DNA of 64,000 nucleotides, from contig CAYIOJ010000002.1 of the NCBI GenBank assembly GCA_964365025.1, positions 20,208 to 84,207 of the forward strand. The letters are read 5' to 3'. Shown one piece after another: positions 37,100-45,509 of this stretch; positions within the stretch are counted from its first letter, which is position 1, and each line of letters opens with the position of its first letter. The translations under genes were made by a program, and so were the position numbers. Under the pieces are notes generated by a model. That model was given only the letters and a program-made list of their open reading frames with translations. It was not told where the DNA came from and did no database searches. This stretch comes from an uncultured Gammaproteobacteria bacterium (GTDB taxonomy: Bacteria > Patescibacteriota > Patescibacteriia > Magasanikbacterales > UBA10003).

Positions 37100-37526
37100 G
37101 ATTTATTGAGATTTTTCTTTCGCCATTTTTTAGAATTGAGATTTTGATTTTTCGCGTTTGGAATTTTTTCAGCAGCGGCGCGATTTTTTCCGGCCATTCA
37201 ATGGCGCAGACAGTATCAGGCGCGGCCAAGTGCTCCAAAAGTCCGATGTCAATAACTTCTTGCGTTGAATGAAGACGATAGCAATCCAGATGAACAAATT
37301 GTTTTATCTTTTTTTGTTTTGGTAATTTATAAATTTTCATTAAATTAAAACTCGGACTGCGCACGGTTTGCTTAATGCCAAATCCAGACGCCAATCCTTT
37401 GATAAAAACAGTTTTGCCAGCTCCCAATTCTCCGGACAATGTTAAAATATCGCCCCCGCGCAAACCCGTGGCGATATTTTTGCCTAGATTGAAAGTTTGG
37501 GTTGTGTTATTGGAGTAGTAAAGCAT
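37086..37526 (-). CDS. tsaE: tRNA threonylcarbamoyladenosine biosynthesis ATPase TsaE
   Basis: Walker A GELGAGKT, then HLDCYRL and WPEKI motifs, 146 aa. It lies in the same open frame as folD upstream (see repeat 37531-37590). Confidence 0.75.
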   Translation of the reverse strand: MLYYSNNTTQTFNLGKNIATGLRGGDILTLSGELGAGKTVFIKGLASGFGIKQTVRSPSFNLMKIYKLPKQKKIKQFVHLDCYRLHSTQEVIDIGLLEHLAAPDTVCAIEWPEKIAPLLKKFQTRKIKISILKNGERKISINQKLL

Positions 37527-38435
37527 ATTTATGTCATTGCGAGCGCCTGCCTGCCGGCAGGCAGGAAGCGAAGCAATCTCGCGCCATTTTACAGTCAATA
37601 AATATACATTTTCCAAAAGCATGGCCACGGTCATTGGCCCCACGCCGCCTGGCACCGGTGTAATCCAGCCATTTTTGTCGCGCGTTGATTCAAAATTTAC
37701 ATCGCCGCAGATCGCGCCACTGCCAACCTGACCAGCAGGCAGGGGCAGGCGATTGATACCAACATCAATCACTATTGCGCCATCTTTAAAATTATCGCCA
37801 CGCAAAAAATTCGGTTGACCAACAGCAATGATTACAATATCAAATTGTTTGGTTATTGAGCCATCGAATTGTTTAGAGTGAAGATGGGAAGCGTCCAGTC
37901 CTTTTTGTTTTAAAAATAATTCCAAGGGCTCGGTAAAAGCATCGCTGTTGCCGATGATAAGGCATTTTTTCGCGTCCAGGCCGGCATTTTTTCGCGCGTC
38001 TTCAATTAAGCGCCAAATTGCTTTGGCTAAAACAGGTTCCACAGCCGGTTGGCCTTCTCGCATTTTTTTTACATTATCAGGATGAAATCCATCAACATCT
38101 TTGGTCGGGTCAATCGCGGCAATCACGCTGTTTGGATTGAGGGGGGATGGGAGTGGCAACTGTATTAAGATACCGTGAATGTTCGGCGCGGCGTTTAACT
38201 CTTGAATTTTTTGAATAATAGTTTCTTCCGCGGCGTCAGTTGGAAAAAGATATTTTTCAAAATATATTTCGGCCTCGGCGCAGGCCTTTTCTTTCAGGCG
38301 CACATACAAATGCGAGGCCGGATCATTGCCAACCAAAATAACACCAAGCCCCGGTGTAATTCCCAAGGCGGCGATTTTGTCTTTCAATTCCGCTCGGATT
38401 TTTTTGGCCAATGAGCGGCCGTCAATTAAACGCAT
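37527..38435 (-). CDS. folD: Bifunctional methylenetetrahydrofolate dehydrogenase/cyclohydrolase. There is no stop codon before tsaE
   Basis: Carries LVGNDPASHLYVRLKEKAC and PVPGGVGPMTVAMLLEN. The reading frame continues through the repeat into tsaE. Confidence 0.8.
37531..37590. repeat. GTCATTGCGAG...GAAGCAATC element with an internal CCTGCCTGCCGGCAGGCAGG module. It bridges folD and tsaE in-frame
   Basis: On the minus strand it translates without stops as KWREIASLPACRQAGARNDIN, joining the FolD C-terminus to the TsaE start Met. Confidence 0.75.
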
Positions 38436-38497
38436 ATTAAGCCCAAGTTTCGTTTTTTGGTATTAAATAAGTAGCTTGTTTCTATAATATTAGAAAC

Positions 38498-39742
38498 TCA
38501 ATTATTTGTTAATAGCCATTTCCACAATGGCTTGACTTCAATTGTAACTCCATTTTGTTTGATGATTTTTTCTTGATTGATTGTTAAAATCAGTCCCTTT
38601 TTAAGACGGCTGGCATTCAATGCTTCTGATAATCCGTTTATCTCTCGTTCTTGATTTTCATCTCCCAAATAAGCCGTGACCTGAATTGCCGAGGTTATTT
38701 TATTTTTTTCTTTTATTAAAAAGTCGCATTCTTTTTTATTTTTGAAATAATAAATTTCGTGACCGCGCCGTTTTAATTCAATAAACACCAAATTTTCCAA
38801 CAGTCGTCCTTTGTCCGCGGAGACGGAAAAAGCTATTTCATTGCGCAGGCCATTGTCAATAACAAATATCTTTTTGTCGGAAATAAATTGTTTTTTCAGC
38901 GAATAATCATATTTCATCAATTTAAAAACCAAATAGGCCTCGGTCATAAAACTAACATGTTTGCGCACAGACACCGGGCTTTTATAGCCCAGTATTTTTT
39001 TAAGACCATTATAGCTGATTTCTTTGCCGACATTAGAAAAAAGGAAAGCGGCCAACTGTTGGAATAATTTTGTTTCTCTGATTTTAAATCTGGCGATTAA
39101 ATCTTTATACAAAACATCTTCATAAATTCTTTTTAGATATTCTTTTTCTTGATATTTTATCGCTTCGGGAAATCCGCCGCCAGCCAGATATTCGTCGAAT
39201 TTTTTTAACAATGTCGCTTGTCCGGCCGAAGAATCATCAGCGAGGTTTATATTTTTAAATATCAGAAATTCTCTGAAAGAAAAAGGATAAAGTTCAATTT
39301 TAAAATAACGGCCGGTTAAATGCGTGGCCAATTCCGAACTTAACAGTTTGGCATTGGATCCGGTGATAAAAATTTTATAACCTTCTTCATAAAGACGGCG
39401 CGCGAATCTCTCCCAGCCGATTACATTTTGCACCTCATCCATAAAAATTACATTGGCTTGGCGCGATTTTTTGAAAGCGAGCATCAAATCAGAAAAATCA
39501 TCAATCGTAAAATTGATGAGCCGTTCGTCATCAAAAGTGATGTAGTAGAAATCAGGGAAGCGAGTGGAAAATTGTTTGAGCAGGGTGGATTTACCGCTTC
39601 TCCGGACGCCGGAGATGGCGGTGATTTGTTTGGTTTTAAGATATTTGGAAAAATCCAGTTCGCGGGCGATGCCGCGGTCTTTGGCTTCAAAGTTTTTTCT
39701 TTGGTCAGCGATGGTTTGTTCAAGCAAATTCAGCTCTATCAT
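38498..39742 (-). CDS. AAA+ ATPase with a C-terminal DUF4143-like domain (COG1373-type), second paralogue
   Basis: Walker A GVRRSGKST, Walker B IFMDEVQ, and the DUF4143-like C-terminus. The gene is AT-rich. Confidence 0.65.
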   Translation of the reverse strand: MIELNLLEQTIADQRKNFEAKDRGIARELDFSKYLKTKQITAISGVRRSGKSTLLKQFSTRFPDFYYITFDDERLINFTIDDFSDLMLAFKKSRQANVIFMDEVQNVIGWERFARRLYEEGYKIFITGSNAKLLSSELATHLTGRYFKIELYPFSFREFLIFKNINLADDSSAGQATLLKKFDEYLAGGGFPEAIKYQEKEYLKRIYEDVLYKDLIARFKIRETKLFQQLAAFLFSNVGKEISYNGLKKILGYKSPVSVRKHVSFMTEAYLVFKLMKYDYSLKKQFISDKKIFVIDNGLRNEIAFSVSADKGRLLENLVFIELKRRGHEIYYFKNKKECDFLIKEKNKITSAIQVTAYLGDENQEREINGLSEALNASRLKKGLILTINQEKIIKQNGVTIEVKPLWKWLLTNN

Positions 39743-39788
39743 ATATTACTAATATACATTTTATGTAATTTTATATATTAGTAATATA
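39742..39788. promoter_or_regulatory. 16-bp perfect inverted repeat (ATATATTACTAATATA ... TATATTAGTAATATAT) just upstream of the AAA+ ATPase start; candidate operator
   Basis: Perfect inverted repeat with a 15-bp spacer, lying in the divergent intergenic region between 38498-39742(-) and 39895-40545(+). Confidence 0.45.
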
Positions 39789-39842
39789 TGGTACGGGAGG
39801 AATTTTGTCAAGACACTTATCCACAATTGGGGGTTGCGTTTA

Positions 39843-39856
39843 AGAGAGAGAGAGAG
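39843..39856. repeat. (AG)7 dinucleotide microsatellite
   Basis: AGAGAGAGAGAGAG in the same intergenic region. Confidence 0.8.
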
Positions 39857-39894
39857 TAGTATAAGGACAGGGTAAATTTATTTAATGAATTTAT

Positions 39895-40545
39895 ATGTCC
39901 GAAAATTCACGAGGAGATAAAGGGGCAAAAAATTTTAAACCGCCGATTATTCCGGCTCGTTTAGATGGTTCATTAGACCAAAAGACGGTAGAATATGTGC
40001 GGAGTAATGAGGCCAAAGACGCGGCTTTTGAAGAACGCGTCAGATTGTTGAAAGAATATATAGTAAAAAATAGAGTTAATGCTGATGAACTTGACCATGC
40101 GACAATTAAAGAGATATTTGATCAGGCGGGTCAAATTGCCAACACAAAATGGGATAAAAAACGATTTTATGATGGATGGCAAGAATTACCAAACAGTTCT
40201 TTGATTTACGCGGAAGGTCGCACAATGACACATTCAAGGCGATTAAAAGAAACCGTGACGGATGATGAAGAAATTTCTAACATTCATACTGGCGCTGCAC
40301 AAATTGAATTATGTTATAAAGACAAGGAAGGCAAATTGGTAAGAATGATATTGGATACCTCAAAAATACCTGGGCATGAAAATTGGGGCCAGTTGGCTTC
40401 AGTCGGCAGACTTAGGACTGAGATAAGTCAATTTTTAGCAGAAAACGATTCTGGTGATCTGGATTGGAGGAATGCTTATGTGGTACAAGCAGTACTTGAT
40501 GAAGTAGAAAAAAAGAAGCCTGGTAATTCGACAGAGCCGTTGTAA
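39895..40545 (+). CDS. Hypothetical protein, no recognisable family
   Basis: 216 aa, soluble and charged, transcribed divergently from the AAA+ ATPase gene. Confidence 0.45.
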   Translation: MSENSRGDKGAKNFKPPIIPARLDGSLDQKTVEYVRSNEAKDAAFEERVRLLKEYIVKNRVNADELDHATIKEIFDQAGQIANTKWDKKRFYDGWQELPNSSLIYAEGRTMTHSRRLKETVTDDEEISNIHTGAAQIELCYKDKEGKLVRMILDTSKIPGHENWGQLASVGRLRTEISQFLAENDSGDLDWRNAYVVQAVLDEVEKKKPGNSTEPL

Positions 40546-40561
40546 ATTAACAATAACAATT

Positions 40562-40598
40562 AAAAAAAGTCTGGGTTTTAGCCAGACTTTTTTGGATT
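40562..40598. terminator. Bidirectional rho-independent terminator between the hypothetical gene and convergent glyA
   Basis: AAAAAAGTCTGG-GTTTTAG-CCAGACTTTTTT. Confidence 0.75.
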
Positions 40599-40623
40599 TG
40601 ATTTTTAAGGACTTTCGCGCCCA

Positions 40624-41859
40624 TTAATACAGCGGAAATTTTTTCGTCAATTCCACCACCTGTCGGCGAATTTCTGCGAGCGCGGTTTCGTTCTGCCAAT
40701 TTTCAATTGCCTCGTCAATCCAGCCGGCAATTTGTATCATTTCAGTTTCTTTCATTCCGCGGGTGGTAATGGCCGGCGTGCCTAAACGGATACCGGACGG
40801 ATCCATTGGCGAGCGCGGGTCATCAGGCACCATATTTTTGTTCACGGTAATACCTGCCTTATCCAATGCAATCTGCGCCTGTTTACCAGACAGGCCTTTA
40901 TTTGTCACATCAATCAACAGCAAATGATTGTCCGTGCCGCCGAAACAGAGTTTGTAATCGCGTTTTTTTAATTCTTCTTCTAAAATTTTCGCGTTCTTTT
41001 TAATTTGCCGCGCGTAATCCTTGAAAGCCGGTTCCAACGCTTCTTTAAAAGCCACTGCTTTAGCCGCGATATTGTTTTCATGCGGCCCGCCTTGGAGTCC
41101 GGGAAAAACCGCTTTGTCAATTTGTTTGGCCCATTTTTCCTTGCACATAATCATACCGCCGCGCGGTCCGCGCAGTGTCTTGTGCGTGGTGGTGGTGACT
41201 ACATCAAAAATCGGCACAGGATTATTCATCTCTCCAGCGGCAATGAGCCCGGCAATATGAGCGATGTCCGCCATGGTCAAAGCGCCAACTTCATCAGCAA
41301 TTTTTTGCACAGCTTGGTAATCGATCTCGCGCGAATAGGCCGAGTAGCCGACCAAAATCATTTTTGGCTTGTGTTCCAAAGCCATCTGCCGCAGATTTTC
41401 CAGATCAATCAAGCCCGCAGAATTTGTTTTGTAGCGCACAAAATTGAAAATCTGCGCCATGTGGGTGACTGGATGGCCATGCGTCAAATGCCCGCCGTGT
41501 GATAAATCCATGCCAAGTATTGTCTCGCCAGGTTTAAGCAAAGCAAAATACACCGCGATGTTGGCCGGCGCGCCGGAAAGCGGTTGGACATTGACATGCT
41601 CGGCGCCAAAAAGTTGCTTGGCGCGATCAATGGCCAACTGCTCAACTTCATCAATAAATTGACATCCGCCGTAGTAGCGCTTGCCAGGATAGCCCTCGGC
41701 ATATTTGTTGGTTAAAATTGAACCAAGCGCTTCCAATACTGCGGGAGATACAAAATTTTCCGATGGAATCATTTCCAGTCCTTCTTCTTGCCGCTGTTTT
41801 TCGCGTTTAATCGCGGCGTGAATGTCCGGATCAAATTGTTGGAGTGTTTGTTTGTGCAT
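40624..41859 (-). CDS. glyA: Serine hydroxymethyltransferase
   Basis: Carries the PLP-lysine motif [14 protein letters not shown] and [20 protein letters not shown]. Confidence 0.9.
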   Translation of the reverse strand: MHKQTLQQFDPDIHAAIKREKQRQEEGLEMIPSENFVSPAVLEALGSILTNKYAEGYPGKRYYGGCQFIDEVEQLAIDRAKQLFGAEHVNVQPLSGAPANIAVYFALLKPGETILGMDLSHGGHLTHGHPVTHMAQIFNFVRYKTNSAGLIDLENLRQMALEHKPKMILVGYSAYSREIDYQAVQKIADEVGALTMADIAHIAGLIAAGEMNNPVPIFDVVTTTTHKTLRGPRGGMIMCKEKWAKQIDKAVFPGLQGGPHENNIAAKAVAFKEALEPAFKDYARQIKKNAKILEEELKKRDYKLCFGGTDNHLLLIDVTNKGLSGKQAQIALDKAGITVNKNMVPDDPRSPMDPSGIRLGTPAITTRGMKETEMIQIAGWIDEAIENWQNETALAEIRRQVVELTKKFPLY

Positions 41860-42012
41860 AATAAACCCCCGCGGGGTATTTTATCTGCGCTTGCTCGGAA
41901 ATGAAAAATTGCGGTTTTTTATTTCTCTCGCTTCGCTTGATAATAAAAAATAAAAAAATTATTCATCTTCGTCCGTTTCATTCATTTTATTTAAACTCCA
42001 ACGATTCAAAAA

Positions 42013-42420
42013 TCATAGCCCCTTTTTGTAATCTTTTATAACTTCATAAACATTTGGCGCGCAATCGGACGGCAAATTGTCAATGTCATGCCAGCCCCAT
42101 TCTATAGTTTGAGGTCCCGGATTGATTTCTCCAATTCTTTCAGCTAGGAAATGTACTAAAATGGCTAAACTCCCCTCAACACCTATACGGTGTACCATCC
42201 TTGTTTGTAATGGTTTGATGATTTTTACATCAATACCCATCTCTTCTTTTACTTCGCGTCGGCAGGTTTCTTCCAGTGGAATATCAAAATCTTCAACCAT
42301 ACCGCCCGGAAACATCCACATATCCGAGCCGTGCTCTTTTTTCTCCTTATTTAAGAGGACTTTATTGTTTTCAATTATCACCGGTCCTGAGGCGACAATT
42401 GAGTTGGGGGGTAATATCAT
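42013..42420 (-). CDS. NUDIX hydrolase
   Basis: Nudix box GGMVEDFDIPLEETCRREVKEEMGI. Confidence 0.85.
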   Translation of the reverse strand: MILPPNSIVASGPVIIENNKVLLNKEKKEHGSDMWMFPGGMVEDFDIPLEETCRREVKEEMGIDVKIIKPLQTRMVHRIGVEGSLAILVHFLAERIGEINPGPQTIEWGWHDIDNLPSDCAPNVYEVIKDYKKGL

Positions 42421-42576
42421 AGCCCTCTTATTGTATCAGCAATACTTGACAAATTCAACTGGCTATATTAGGATAATTAATCCAGTGGTGGAGGTGGATG
42501 CGGGCCGGCCGGGGTAGGCATGAGCCCAAGAGGAAAACAACAACCTACTAGAGGAGGGTGAAGAAAGGGGGCGGTA

Positions 42577-42966
42577 ATGATGTGCGCGCAAAGCAGTGAT
42601 CATATCCATGTCAGTGATCACGCCTTGGAACGATTTCGTCAAAGGCGGGTACGACTGGGGTTGGATGATTTCGACGGCAACATAATGATGCTGGAGGCAG
42701 AACTTCGGCGTATCTTCGCTCAGAGTACGAAATTGGATATCACGAAATTGCGCAATTGGAGGGAACGCAGAAGGAAATATCCGGATTCAACTTATTTTCG
42801 CAACGAGCGTTTTGTTTTGGTGATGAATTTTGCCAACAACACGCTGGTCACTTGTTTTCTGTTTCAGGGACGCCGCGCCACGCGCCTCAAACCCAGAGAC
42901 CGCGATGAGCGAGCGCACCACAAGACGGTTCTGCGTCGGCACTTGCACGAAGGCGGAGAACTTTAA
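42577..42966 (+). CDS. Basic hypothetical protein inside GC-rich island 2 (possibly a small toxin-like or nucleic-acid-binding protein)
   Basis: 129 aa, Arg-rich, with AGGAGG and AAGGGGG Shine-Dalgarno elements upstream. The region is about 52% GC. The N-terminal HVSDHALERFRQRRVRL is faintly like DUF4258/RelE-type small proteins. Confidence 0.35.
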   Translation: MMCAQSSDHIHVSDHALERFRQRRVRLGLDDFDGNIMMLEAELRRIFAQSTKLDITKLRNWRERRRKYPDSTYFRNERFVLVMNFANNTLVTCFLFQGRRATRLKPRDRDERAHHKTVLRRHLHEGGEL

Positions 42967-42994
42967 CCTTTTTGGAGGGAACAACTGCGTAATG

Positions 42995-44620
42995 TCATTT
43001 GCCTCGACGGCTTCGTCGGGGCAGTTTTTTTACCATGTAAGTTTTTTGTAGTTTGTAACCAAGTTTTTTATAATATCCGCGCACGCCAATGCCAGAGATA
43101 ACTGCGATTGTATCCGCGCCGTGTTCGCGGGCGATTTTTTCCGCTTCGGCAATCAAGCGTCGACCCAAACCGCGATGTTGGCTGGCTTTTTTTGACCTTT
43201 GGCCAAGCGGCATAAGTTGGCCGTAAGTGTGCAGTTCGCGGATAAAAGCCGGATACAGGCCCCGGGCGTCCAGGCGCAGGCGGCAGAAAGCAAAAACCGC
43301 GCGCCGCGCCGTATCTTCAAAACTTAAAAAATATTCCGTGCCGCCGGACGCTTCATATTGATCAATAAATAATTTGATTTTGGCCGGATGACTAAGTTGT
43401 TGGTGCCCGATTTCTCGGCAACGCAAACATTGGCAGGTGAGTCCGTCTTCAACCATTTTAGCTTGAATTATTTGACGCAAGTTGGTCGCTAGATTGCCCG
43501 CGATTATTTCCGTGGAAGGAATGTCGCGAATCAGACGCGAGATTCGGCAATAGCGCGGAATAATTTTTGATTTTACTTTCATCAGCATGGCAATCAGTTT
43601 TTTATCAGCGTAGGGTTTGAATTGGCCTTTTTTATACCAGCGGTACAGTTCGGAATTGATAACAACCGTGCAGGGATAAATTTTAATCATATCCGGCCGC
43701 AAATCAGGGTCGGCAAAAATTTTTTCAAACATTTTGTAATCCTTGGTCGGAGTGGAGCCTGGCAATTGCGGCATTAAATGAAAATCAATTTTAAATCCAT
43801 AGCCGCGCAATAACGCGGTTGCTTTTTTCGCGTCTTCAATAGTATGCCCGCGTTTTGTTAGGCGCAAAATTTTGTTATCAGTATGTTGTATTCCCATTTC
43901 CACGCGAGTGCAACCCAAGATACGCATTTGCCCGGCTGTTTTATGAGTGATTAAATCCGGCCGTGTTTCCAAAGTCAGGCCGATCAGACGATGAGCCGCG
44001 GTTTCATTTTTTTTCTGCGTCATTGCGAGGGAGCGCAGCGACCGAAGCAATTTCGTTGATTTTGGTACAACGAGATTGCTTCGCTTCGCTCGCAATGACG
44101 CGGTAAACTCATTTGTCGCCCTAAAACACTCTTTGATAAACCAAACTTGATATTTCCAAGGATAAACGTTCCAGCTGCCGCCTTTTACAATAAGTTCAAT
44201 CTTGTCGGTTAGGTGCCCATTGTTGTAAAGCATCTGTAAGCGGGAAATAACTTGATTATACGGATTAAATTTGTTAAAATAAGCGCGTTGGGCAGCCGGC
44301 TCGCTTTTAAGATAACTTTTTGGCATGCCCGGCTCCAATGGGCAATAAATACACTGTCCCGGGCATGGCCAGGGCTTGGTCAAAACAGTGACGATGGCCA
44401 CGCCTGAAAGTGTGCGCACCGCGCGTTTTTGCAAAATGGATTCCAACAGCGCCGAGGATTTTGTTTTTTTTCCAGCAACCAGACGCCTATATTCTTTTAA
44501 AACTTCGGCTGTGGATGGCGCGCTGCGGAAATTCAAACGCGACCAACTGTTTTTCAATTCGTCAAGTCGTGGGCGCGTCAGGCCTTTCTGTCGGATTAAT
44601 TTTTTGATGAAAGTTTTCAT
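42995..44620 (-). CDS. elp3: Elp3-like radical-SAM/GNAT enzyme (elongator catalytic subunit homologue)
   Basis: Radical-SAM region (CPGQCIYCP) followed by a C-terminal GNAT domain (QHRGLGRRLIAEAEKIA). The ORF opens at 44722 but the Met at 44620 (MKTFIKK) is the likelier start. It contains an in-frame repeat at 44038-44120. Confidence 0.7.
   Translation of the reverse strand: MKTFIKKLIRQKGLTRPRLDELKNSWSRLNFRSAPSTAEVLKEYRRLVAGKKTKSSALLESILQKRAVRTLSGVAIVTVLTKPWPCPGQCIYCPLEPGMPKSYLKSEPAAQRAYFNKFNPYNQVISRLQMLYNNGHLTDKIELIVKGGSWNVYPWKYQVWFIKECFRATNEFTASLRAKRSNLVVPKSTKLLRSLRSLAMTQKKNETAAHRLIGLTLETRPDLITHKTAGQMRILGCTRVEMGIQHTDNKILRLTKRGHTIEDAKKATALLRGYGFKIDFHLMPQLPGSTPTKDYKMFEKIFADPDLRPDMIKIYPCTVVINSELYRWYKKGQFKPYADKKLIAMLMKVKSKIIPRYCRISRLIRDIPSTEIIAGNLATNLRQIIQAKMVEDGLTCQCLRCREIGHQQLSHPAKIKLFIDQYEASGGTEYFLSFEDTARRAVFAFCRLRLDARGLYPAFIRELHTYGQLMPLGQRSKKASQHRGLGRRLIAEAEKIAREHGADTIAVISGIGVRGYYKKLGYKLQKTYMVKKLPRRSRRGK
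44038..44120. repeat. Complete palindromic GTCATTGCGAG...GAAGCAATC element (83 bp) inserted in-frame in elp3
   Basis: The sequence is CGTCATTGCGAGGGAGCGCAGCGACCGAAGCAATTTCGTTGATTTTGGTACAACGAGATTGCTTCGCTTCGCTCGCAATGACG. On the minus strand it reads ASLRAKRSNLVVPKSTKLLRSLRSLAM. Confidence 0.75.
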
Positions 44621-44622
44621 GT

Positions 44623-45375
44623 ATGCATTTGAGCGAGGCAAAAAAGATAATAAAAAAAGTTGAAAATGATTACGACGCCGTGGCGCGCGACTGGGATACA
44701 TCGCGATTTTCCGCCAGAGCAAGTCAGATTAAAATTGCCAATCAAATAAAAAATGGCGAGAGATTGCTGGATGTTGGCTGCGGCAATGGTGTATTTTATC
44801 CTGTTTTAGCTGATAAGTCAATCAATTATGTGGGAATGGACATTAGTAAAAAATTATTGGCGTTGGCCAGTCAAAAAGCGCGAAAAATTAAGAGCGGGTC
44901 CAAGGTAAAATTTATTAAAGGCAGTATTACCAAATTGCCGTTTAGAAATAATCAATTTGATTGGGTGTGCGTTTTCGCGGTTTTGCATCATATTCCAAGT
45001 GAGGAATTACGATTGCGCTCGGCGCAAGAAATTTGGCGCGTGTTGAAACCCAGTGGCAAAGTAATAGTGACTGTTTGGAATATGTTTTCCAATTGGGCTG
45101 AAAAAAAATTTAACATCAATGAACAATTGAAAAATATTCACGAAGGATTTGACCATGGCGACGTAATAATTCCGTGGAAGGGGACTGTTGGCAAAGTAAT
45201 TCAAAGATACATGCGCGCGTTTGCTAAAAATGAATTGAGCAAATTATTTAAAGACGCGGGATTTAAAAAGGTTTCGACATATTACGCCATCAAAGAAATA
45301 GGAGTAAAATCACAGAATGCCAAAGAGGGGAAGAATTTGGTTTTGATGGCAAAAAAAGCAGGCGGAGGCAGATAA
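44623..45375 (+). CDS. Class I SAM-dependent methyltransferase, Trm9-like
   Basis: The N-terminal VENDYDAVARDWDTSRFSAR resembles the Trm9/ALKBH8 N-terminal pattern. Motif I is LDVGCGNGVF. The start lies 3 nt from the divergent elp3 start. Confidence 0.6.
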   Translation: MHLSEAKKIIKKVENDYDAVARDWDTSRFSARASQIKIANQIKNGERLLDVGCGNGVFYPVLADKSINYVGMDISKKLLALASQKARKIKSGSKVKFIKGSITKLPFRNNQFDWVCVFAVLHHIPSEELRLRSAQEIWRVLKPSGKVIVTVWNMFSNWAEKKFNINEQLKNIHEGFDHGDVIIPWKGTVGKVIQRYMRAFAKNELSKLFKDAGFKKVSTYYAIKEIGVKSQNAKEGKNLVLMAKKAGGGR

Positions 45376-45422
45376 TTTTTGAAGCGATGATATGTTTGAG
45401 CCAGATCGAGGCATCCTGCTAT

Positions 45423-45499
45423 AGGGGGCGCGCAAATATCTTTTTTTGCGCTGCGGACTCATCGCCGCGACTGCAAAAAAAGAAATTTGCGCGCCCCCT
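45423..45499. repeat. Type-2 palindromic element: outer inverted repeat AGGGGGCGCGCAAAT, inner TTTTTTTGC...GCAAAAAAA around a GCTGCGGACTCATCGCCGCGACTGC core
   Basis: Nested palindromes. The core matches the reverse complement of the core of the element at 47006-47073. Confidence 0.7.
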
Positions 45500-45509
45500 A
45501 ATCAAGAAT

